A stretch of 64,000 nucleotides of DNA from a virus: positions 20,546-84,545 of the IMG/VR virus record IMGVR_UViG_3300044710_000137; one strand, 5' to 3'. Under the pieces are notes generated by a model, which saw only the letters and a list, made by a program, of their open reading frames with translations, had not been told where the DNA came from and did no database searches. Below, piece after piece: positions 57,639 to 64,000 of this stretch. Position numbers and translations under genes: made by a program. Numbering within the stretch: position 1 is the stretch's first letter; each line of letters starts with the position of its first letter.

Positions 57639-58469
57639 ATGCGACCCAATTCTACCATCACCACCAAGCGCTGCCGCGGCTGCAACGAAACGAAGGACAT
57701 CCAAAACTTTTACTGGCGAGAGGACCGCCAAACACATTTCACGCTTTGCATTGTCTGCTGGAACAAACATGCCGAGGATCGCCGCAGGGCTAGCCGCGAA
57801 AAGGCTCTCACCTACCCGGGTGGCGAGAAGCGCTGCTGGCGCTGCAAACAGTCCAAGCCCTACGCGGACTTTCCGCGTTGCTCCACGAATAGTTCCGGAT
57901 TCAGCAAGGCGTGCCGTCCTTGCAACGCTATATTACACAGTCTTTGGTACGAGAAAAATAGGCTAGCGCAGCCGGAGCCGCCGGCAGAAAAACGCTGCCG
58001 CTGTTGCAAAGAGAACAAAGCGCGCGTTGAGTTTAGTATCGACCGCGCTTCCTTGGATGGCCTGAAACAATGGTGCCGCGAATGCTCCGCCCGCGCTTAT
58101 CAGGCGCGCAAGCGCCCACTCCTTTATTCCAGGCCGGCCAATATTCGGCATGATTACGGACTCTCGACCGAGGGATACGACGCCATCATTCAGCGCCAGA
58201 ATAACCGCTGCGCAATCTGTGGCAAAACCCCTCCCAGGCTCGTAGTGGACCACGATCACAAGACAGATGCGATCCGGGGGATGCTCTGCTCGCCCTGCAA
58301 CCAATTTCTTGCTGTAGTCGAAATCGCCGGAATGGTCGAAAGCGCCCAGCGCTATCTCATTCTGAGTAAAATCACCGGCGACTTGCGGCCCATCGTCCAA
58401 CCGAACGGCTTGCCGCACCCGCGCCGGGACGCGTACCTGAAGAAGATCAAGATGGGCAAGCCGGCCTAA
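57639..58469 (+). CDS. free-standing endonuclease VII-family endonuclease with N-terminal zinc fingers
   Basis: three KRC..C...K....F repeats; YGL...Y......Q..RCAIC...VDHDH....RG.LC..CN. Confidence 0.9.
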   Translation: MRPNSTITTKRCRGCNETKDIQNFYWREDRQTHFTLCIVCWNKHAEDRRRASREKALTYPGGEKRCWRCKQSKPYADFPRCSTNSSGFSKACRPCNAILHSLWYEKNRLAQPEPPAEKRCRCCKENKARVEFSIDRASLDGLKQWCRECSARAYQARKRPLLYSRPANIRHDYGLSTEGYDAIIQRQNNRCAICGKTPPRLVVDHDHKTDAIRGMLCSPCNQFLAVVEIAGMVESAQRYLILSKITGDLRPIVQPNGLPHPRRDAYLKKIKMGKPA

Positions 58470-58478
58470 CAGTTCGTT

Positions 58479-58790
58479 ATGCGTCTGCTTCTTTTGCTTT
58501 TGCTCATACCCCTGGCAGCCCAAGACGTGCGCGTGATCCACCTCTCGCCGGCGGATGCAAAGATCCTCGCTCAGATCGGCAACGCCAAATTGCAAGCCGA
58601 CGAAAACTGGCGCCAGGCCGAGAAATACGTCCGTTGGAAGTACGCGGCCGAGCCGGGCATCGCACAAGCTGGTGACGCGCAGGTAGACGTCAAGAATCCC
58701 AGGAACGGCTGGGAATACGGCGTTCAGTTCTCGCAGGACTTCAGTGTCATCGTTCCGAAGCCGAAGCCTTGCGAAGACGATGAGCATTAA
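58479..58790 (+). CDS. small secreted protein
   Basis: MRLLLLLLLIPLAA-Q. Confidence 0.6.
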   Translation: MRLLLLLLLIPLAAQDVRVIHLSPADAKILAQIGNAKLQADENWRQAEKYVRWKYAAEPGIAQAGDAQVDVKNPRNGWEYGVQFSQDFSVIVPKPKPCEDDEH

Positions 58791-58807
58791 GGGGCGCTGC
58801 TATCCAT

Positions 58808-59305
58808 TCAATCGGACCGTTTGCCGGTGCGCGGGGTGGCATCCGGGTCTTTGGATGCGTCGTACACGGAAAGAATAGCCGCCGCAAGCGCGTTCAGGCC
58901 GCGCTGGGTATCCACATGATAGGACCCAACCCCGAAGCCTTTGTACCACTCGCGCGGTGATGGACAGCCACAGTGACCGGCCACGCGCACCTCGCGCCCT
59001 AATTCAGCATGCAGTTTCTCCGCTACTTCGACGGGCAATCCAGGGCCCTCGGCGCACCAGTAGTACCAAGCACGCTTAAAGCTCCACATCGATAAACTCC
59101 CGAATGCCAGCGAGGGAACCTCGCCTTGAATAACGTTCCAAAGCATCGCTACTTCAATTCCAGCTTCTCGCAGCTCAGCCTCGGCTGTCGCGGTCACTTC
59201 CGCAATCGTGGCAGGGTCGAACGGCTGCGGCCGCGCCAGATTCGGCAAGTTGTTTTCGCCAACACATGACGGCGAGACGCCCGCAGAACTGATGGTCAAG
59301 CTCAT
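58808..59305 (-). CDS. conserved hypothetical protein (antisense insert)
   Basis: W.F.RAWYYW; RVAGHCGCPSP.EW; YHVDTQ.GL. Confidence 0.65.
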   Translation of the reverse strand: MSLTISSAGVSPSCVGENNLPNLARPQPFDPATIAEVTATAEAELREAGIEVAMLWNVIQGEVPSLAFGSLSMWSFKRAWYYWCAEGPGLPVEVAEKLHAELGREVRVAGHCGCPSPREWYKGFGVGSYHVDTQRGLNALAAAILSVYDASKDPDATPRTGKRSD

Positions 59306-59329
59306 ACCCCCAGTCTAGCTAAATCTGAA

Positions 59330-59369
59330 ACCAGCGATCCGGCGCGGAAGCGACGGGCGCGGCATCAAC
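59330..59369 (+). repeat. family A hairpin element
   Basis: near-identical to the 3387 copy. Confidence 0.9.
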
Positions 59370-59394
59370 ACCTCATTTTCCTTTTGCCCCTTCA

Positions 59395-62181
59395 ATGTCA
59401 ATTCAGCAAGACAGTCAGCTCCTTCAGTTCAAATCCATAAGTCAATCCAAGACAGGACTTTTTCAATTCATTGGCCCCAGCTATCAGTCCTGGAGCCCCG
59501 ATCAGGACGATCAAGAACTCCTGAACATGTACGTGGAAATGGATGAGGCGGGAACCGGTAAAAACGTAAAAGCCCTTTACGGAACACCAGGCATTCAAAA
59601 TTTCTGCTTCCTTCCTCCCGGCCCTACCAGAGGAATATACGCAGGAGAAAACCGCCTCTTCGTGGTATCCGGTCCTAACCTCTACGAAGTATTCGCAGAT
59701 ACCAGTTTCACGAACCTCGGAGCAATCGCTAACGACGGAAACCCCGTCTACATGTCCGCCAATGGAACGGGAACCCAGCTTTGCATCGCAGCCGGATATT
59801 TAGCCGCAACCACAAACTACACCGACATCGCCATCAACAGCGGTAACGACCTCGAAATCAGCAGCGCCCTCAACCCCTTCACGGCACTGTTGAACGCCGG
59901 ACAAACCCTGACTATCTCGGGCGGAACGGGATTCACCCCAGGCAATTACACCGTCGAATACGTGGACGGCAACGGCAACGCCTTCCTGAATGCGTCTCCC
60001 GGCGCGGCTTCATCCACTGGAGGAACCGGCAGCCTGGTTTACGGGCCCGGCGGCTATTTCTATTGCGATCCCGGAACCGGACCCGTGGCGCAGCGCTTCT
60101 CGGTCGCCTATACGGACCTGGCCATCAGCGCGGGATCCAGTTCAGTCGTTTCGAGCGCCGCCCAGCCCTTCGCGGCGGATACCGACGACGGGTACACCCT
60201 CGTCATCAACGGAGGCGTCGGCTTCACCCCCGGCACTTTCACTATTGTTTCGGTGGACGGATCCGGCAACGCCACCTTGAGCGGATCCGCCGGCACGGAA
60301 GGATCCATCGCAGGAACGGGAATCGAGTACCTGAGCTACGTCCCAGCGGTTCAACTGGCCTATCTGGATACGTTTTTTGTGGCCCAGGCGGGATACAATT
60401 CGCGTCTTTTCTACCTCTCCGCGTCCGACGACGGCACTATGTGGGACGCCCTGCAGGTGGCCCAGAAGGAGTCGTATCCAGACAATATCACCGCGATCCT
60501 GAGCGACCACGAAGAATTGTGGCTCTTTGGATCCCAACAGTCCATCGAGGCTTGGTCGAACGTGGGCGGCGCCGTCTTCCCGTTCGCGCGCAACGATTCG
60601 GCCGAAATGCACTACGGCTGCGAAGCCCCCTTCTCGCCCATGCGGTTCATGTTGGGTTTTGCTTGGTTAGCCAAGGACCAGGTGCGCGGAGGCCGCATGG
60701 CGTTCTACGCCCAAGGATTCGTGCCCGTCCGGATCTCGAACCATGCGGTCGAATCCATCTGGAACACTTACCCCTACGTGGCGGATTGCATCGCCTACAG
60801 CTACGAGGAAAACGGCCACCCATTCTACGTTTTGAACTTCGCCAGCGCCAACGCCACGTGGGTATATGACGGCCTTACCCAGATGTGGCACCAGCGCGCC
60901 TGGTACAACGGCGTGGGATCCGGAGGCGTCCAGGAAGTTTCCATCAACACTGCGGGGTCCGGATACGTGCAGGTCTCGGGTGCCCTTACCGGGTTTGCCC
61001 TCGTTTCGCCGGGTTTTGGCTATGCGGCGGCCGCCGGCGCTCTGCTTTACGGCGATCCTCCATACGTGCCCTACGTCACTATCGACGTTGCGGGAACGGG
61101 ATATCAGGCCAACGAAGTCGTCGCCCTCGCGGGAGGAACCGGGGGAACCATCCTCATCCAAACCGTCAACGGGAGCGGCGTCCCTACGGCCATTGTCGTG
61201 TGGAATCCCGGCAGCGGCTATTCCGCGACCACGGGCCACGCTACCTCCGGAGGAAGCGGTACCGGGCTAACCGTCAGTATTGGCGCGGTATCGACTGGAG
61301 CCAGCGTTGCCACGGTCGTATCCGCGGTGGGTTCCGGCGCCACAATACAGGTCGATACGGTAGGCCCTTATGGAGCGGTTACGGCCGCGCACATCTTAGC
61401 CGCGGGATCCGGGTATGGCATCGCCTCGGGCGTTCCGACAGTTGGCGGGTATGGCCTCGGCTTCTCGATCGCCATCACCGCTACGGCGAATACTTTCCCC
61501 CAAGTAACTATCAGCCAGGTGGGATCCGGCGACAATTGCGTGCTGCAGATCAACTCCGTCAACTCGGCGGGTGGGGTGGTTTCATTGTCGATCATCAGCC
61601 CGGGAAGCGTCTACACGGTCGCTAACGGGGTTGCTACGACGGGCGGAGCGCCAGGAACGGGGCTCACGGTCAATATCGGAGCCGTTTCGTCTACGGGAGC
61701 GGGAACCAATGGGCGGCAAAGGCAATCCTTTCATGGATACGTGAACCTTGGAAATGGCGATACCCACTTCGTTTCTGACTGGGAGACAGGTCAGGTTTTT
61801 ACGCAATCCGTGAATTATTACACCGACGCCGGCGTGCAGATCCAGCGCATCAGAATTGCCCCGCATATTGCCGAGGAAGACACGCTTCAGTTCTTTCACC
61901 GCTTCAGGCTGGATCTCGAAACCGGGAACGCGGCGATGAACAACATTACCCTGGACTGGTCGAGCGATGGTGGACATACTTTTCATGGATACAATTTAGC
62001 CCCAGCGTTAGGGTCTCCTGGCGTAAACCAATTTCAATTTTCAGTGGACTGGCTACCTTTAGGATCGGATGGAACCAGAACATTCAAAGTTAAGATTACC
62101 GACCCAGTGAAGATTGCCATTGTAAATGCTTACTTGGATGTTACGGCTGGGACAGTGCCTGCCGGAACACCTGGACTTTAG
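59395..62181 (+). CDS. tail hub / DNA stabilisation protein (P22 gp10-like) with inserted repeat domains
   Basis: N.Y.E, L..TPG, E..PD.I, LWLFG....E.W.N.G, R.S.HA.E, TWVYD..T..WH.R, L.WS.DGG.T. Confidence 0.85.
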   Translation: MSIQQDSQLLQFKSISQSKTGLFQFIGPSYQSWSPDQDDQELLNMYVEMDEAGTGKNVKALYGTPGIQNFCFLPPGPTRGIYAGENRLFVVSGPNLYEVFADTSFTNLGAIANDGNPVYMSANGTGTQLCIAAGYLAATTNYTDIAINSGNDLEISSALNPFTALLNAGQTLTISGGTGFTPGNYTVEYVDGNGNAFLNASPGAASSTGGTGSLVYGPGGYFYCDPGTGPVAQRFSVAYTDLAISAGSSSVVSSAAQPFAADTDDGYTLVINGGVGFTPGTFTIVSVDGSGNATLSGSAGTEGSIAGTGIEYLSYVPAVQLAYLDTFFVAQAGYNSRLFYLSASDDGTMWDALQVAQKESYPDNITAILSDHEELWLFGSQQSIEAWSNVGGAVFPFARNDSAEMHYGCEAPFSPMRFMLGFAWLAKDQVRGGRMAFYAQGFVPVRISNHAVESIWNTYPYVADCIAYSYEENGHPFYVLNFASANATWVYDGLTQMWHQRAWYNGVGSGGVQEVSINTAGSGYVQVSGALTGFALVSPGFGYAAAAGALLYGDPPYVPYVTIDVAGTGYQANEVVALAGGTGGTILIQTVNGSGVPTAIVVWNPGSGYSATTGHATSGGSGTGLTVSIGAVSTGASVATVVSAVGSGATIQVDTVGPYGAVTAAHILAAGSGYGIASGVPTVGGYGLGFSIAITATANTFPQVTISQVGSGDNCVLQINSVNSAGGVVSLSIISPGSVYTVANGVATTGGAPGTGLTVNIGAVSSTGAGTNGRQRQSFHGYVNLGNGDTHFVSDWETGQVFTQSVNYYTDAGVQIQRIRIAPHIAEEDTLQFFHRFRLDLETGNAAMNNITLDWSSDGGHTFHGYNLAPALGSPGVNQFQFSVDWLPLGSDGTRTFKVKITDPVKIAIVNAYLDVTAGTVPAGTPGL

Positions 62182-62183
62182 GT

Positions 62184-62274
62184 TTGGTGAGCTTCCCGCG
62201 CGTAGCGCCCGCGAACATCCAGGCCAATGATCCGCGCTTGTCTGTTGCGCGCGCCCTGCCGCATGCCCGGCTGG
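62184..62274 (+). repeat. family B element
   Basis: TTGGTGAGCTTC...GGCCAATG...CCGCATGCCCGG. Confidence 0.85.
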
Positions 62275-62431
62275 ATCCAGGTAGTGATTTGGCGGGCACG
62301 TCCTGAAGGCGCGAACCAGCGCGGGCGGCTGAGTTAGTCCCTCCCCTTTCCCCGGGTTGCCCGAGATCATCGCAACCGCCCGTTGGCCTTCGCGCCCCGG
62401 TTTCACCGATTTCTAGAATATCACTCCCACC

Positions 62432-63810
62432 ATGAACCGCCGCGTCCCGCTCAATCCAAGAATCGTATTCTGCGTGACGTGCAAACACCGCGCGGGACAC
62501 CTGGCGCAGACGTTGCCGGCGAACATCGCGGATAACGCGGGCTATGGGAATCACAAGTTCGTGGTGCTGGATTACAACAGCCGGAAAGACAATCTGGCAG
62601 CCTACTTGCGCACCAAGCACGCCGCCGATATCGCGGGCGGCCGACTCGCGGTATACCGGTTTACCGAACCCACCAGCTTCCGCATGGCGCATGCGAAGAA
62701 TATGGCGCACCGGCTGGGCATCCGGGAAGGCGCCGACGTTCTCGTGAATCTCGACGCCGACAATTACACCGGTCCGGGCTTCGCATCCGCCATCGCAAAA
62801 GTTTTCAACGGCCATGCTGACGCATTCATGCGGCCGCTCAAGGGTAGCGAGGTTCGGGGCGGGGCGTATATAGGGGGCGTCCCGAACGGCGCACACGGCA
62901 GGATCGCGATTGCGGCATCCGCGTTCCTTGAGGCCGGCGGGTACAACGAGCGCTACGCCAAATGGTCGCCGGACGACGAGGATTTCTTCTGCCGTCTACG
63001 GCGCATGGGATTCAAGCCGGTCAATATACCACGCGAACACCTCACCGTGATTGCGCATGACGACGAGACCCGCTTCGAGCAGTACCCGGACGTCCAGCCG
63101 ACCTGGCAGCAATGGCATGAAGTTCACGCCGCGAAGGACACGGTAGTAAACTATGGCCGGTTCGGGTGTGGCGTGGTCTACCGGAATTTCGAGCCCGAAC
63201 CCATAGAGCTATTGCCCATGCCAACGCGAATCTTCGGAATCGGCCTGCACCGGACGGCCACCTTCGCGCTTCACCGCGCCCTACAAATCCTGGGCTATCA
63301 CAGCGCTCATTGGGAATCGCCACTCTGGGCAAAGCGTGTGTGGAATGAAATGCGGACGCTGGGCGTCTCGCGGACACTCGAAGGGCACTACGCACTGTCG
63401 GACCTGCCAATTCCACTGCTGTATGAGGCGATCGACAAATCCTATCCGGGATCCAAGTTCATCCTAACCTTCCGCGACGAAAGCGCGTGGTTGGACAGTA
63501 TGCGCAGGCACTGGAGCTTTTCACATAACCCCTGGCGCAAGGATTGGGCAACCGATGGCTTCTCGGACACAATCCACCTGGCCGCCATGGACGGACGGAT
63601 TTCGACGCGGAAACCTTCCTCGCGCGGTACCGGAAGCACAATGCCGATGTACGGCAGTACTTTGCCGGACGTCCGGACGACCTTCTGCTGATGGACATGA
63701 GCGCCGGCGCCGACTGGCACGAGCTGTGCGGCTTCCTCAGGCAATCCATACCGGACGTTCGCTATCCGCAAAAACACATCGCTGAAGACGGTTTAGAGAC
63801 CGCCGCTTAA
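62432..63810 (+). CDS. glycosyltransferase-sulfotransferase fusion with an apparent frameshift near 63587
   Basis: GT-A motifs VVLDY, NLDAD, GGYNE...W..DD.D; sulfotransferase IFGIGLHRTAT, SKFILT.R...W..S; domain continues in another frame (Y..HN..V..YF..RP.DLL...W..LC.FL). Confidence 0.8.
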
Positions 63811-63821
63811 AGGAATCATTT

Positions 63822-64000
63822 ATGGCAACCATCGCAATTCCCCTCGTCACCGCCGCGCTCGGCTCCCTCGGCCCCTTAATCGCCAAAGCCGCTAGCGGAC
63901 TCATCAACGTAGCCGAAGCCTACCTGCCCAAAGGAACCAAGCTCGACGCTGTTCTCGCCGGCGTGGAGGCGTGGCGCGCTCCGCCCGGGGCCCCCCGCGC
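63822..64000 (+). CDS. partial hydrophobic hypothetical protein (runs off the window)
   Basis: AAGGA RBS; MATIAIPLVTAALG. Confidence 0.45.
   Translation, partial: MATIAIPLVTAALGSLGPLIAKAASGLINVAEAYLPKGTKLDAVLAGVEAWRAPPGAPR

Noticed and set aside
3387-59369. Family A as canonical integron attC sites
   Set aside because: GTT/AAC polarity is reversed relative to RYYYAAC...GTTRRRY, the element is too short, and the recombinase lacks the IntI-specific insertion. Only an analogy is retained.
3387-59369. Family A as intrinsic terminators
   Set aside because: There is no consistent U-tract, many copies lie inside coding sequence, and conserved mismatches and flanks are not terminator features.
3387-62274. 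Dispersed repeats as a CRISPR array, with the Cas4-like gene at 5714 as a cas gene
   Set aside because: The repeats are scattered, degenerate and in both orientations, with no regular spacers; the nuclease is a common stand-alone phage PD-(D/E)XK protein.
182-62274. B/C elements as tRNA genes (similar length, ACCA ends)
   Set aside because: No T-loop or D-loop consensus and no cloverleaf pairing.

Overview
The window is part of a GC-rich tailed-phage or prophage genome with a P22-like (podovirus-type) morphogenesis module. An Acidobacteriota-like host is my inference, not shown directly. The left third holds early/accessory genes: a J-domain protein, an unusual tRNA-Arg(ACG), a divergent promoter/operator switch, PD-(D/E)XK, DUF968 and HNH nucleases, a possible replication initiator, a Xis-like HTH and a FimB-like tyrosine recombinase. 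The rest is a + strand late region: NusG-family antiterminator, GroES, permuted NlpC/P60, TerS, a large terminase split into two genes 6.7 kb apart, portal, scaffold, coat, a block of signal-peptide-bearing proteins, three gp4-like paralogues, a gp10-like hub and a glycosyltransferase-sulfotransferase fusion. Small antisense genes, many apparently leaderless, are interleaved through it. The main unexplained signal is a set of about 40 dispersed degenerate elements at gene junctions in both orientations: 21 covarying ~39-nt hairpins (family A) and 19 fixed-length ~80-95-nt elements (family B/C). Many have a one-sided AT-rich, CG-depleted flank. All calls were made by eye; no database searches or folding programs were run.
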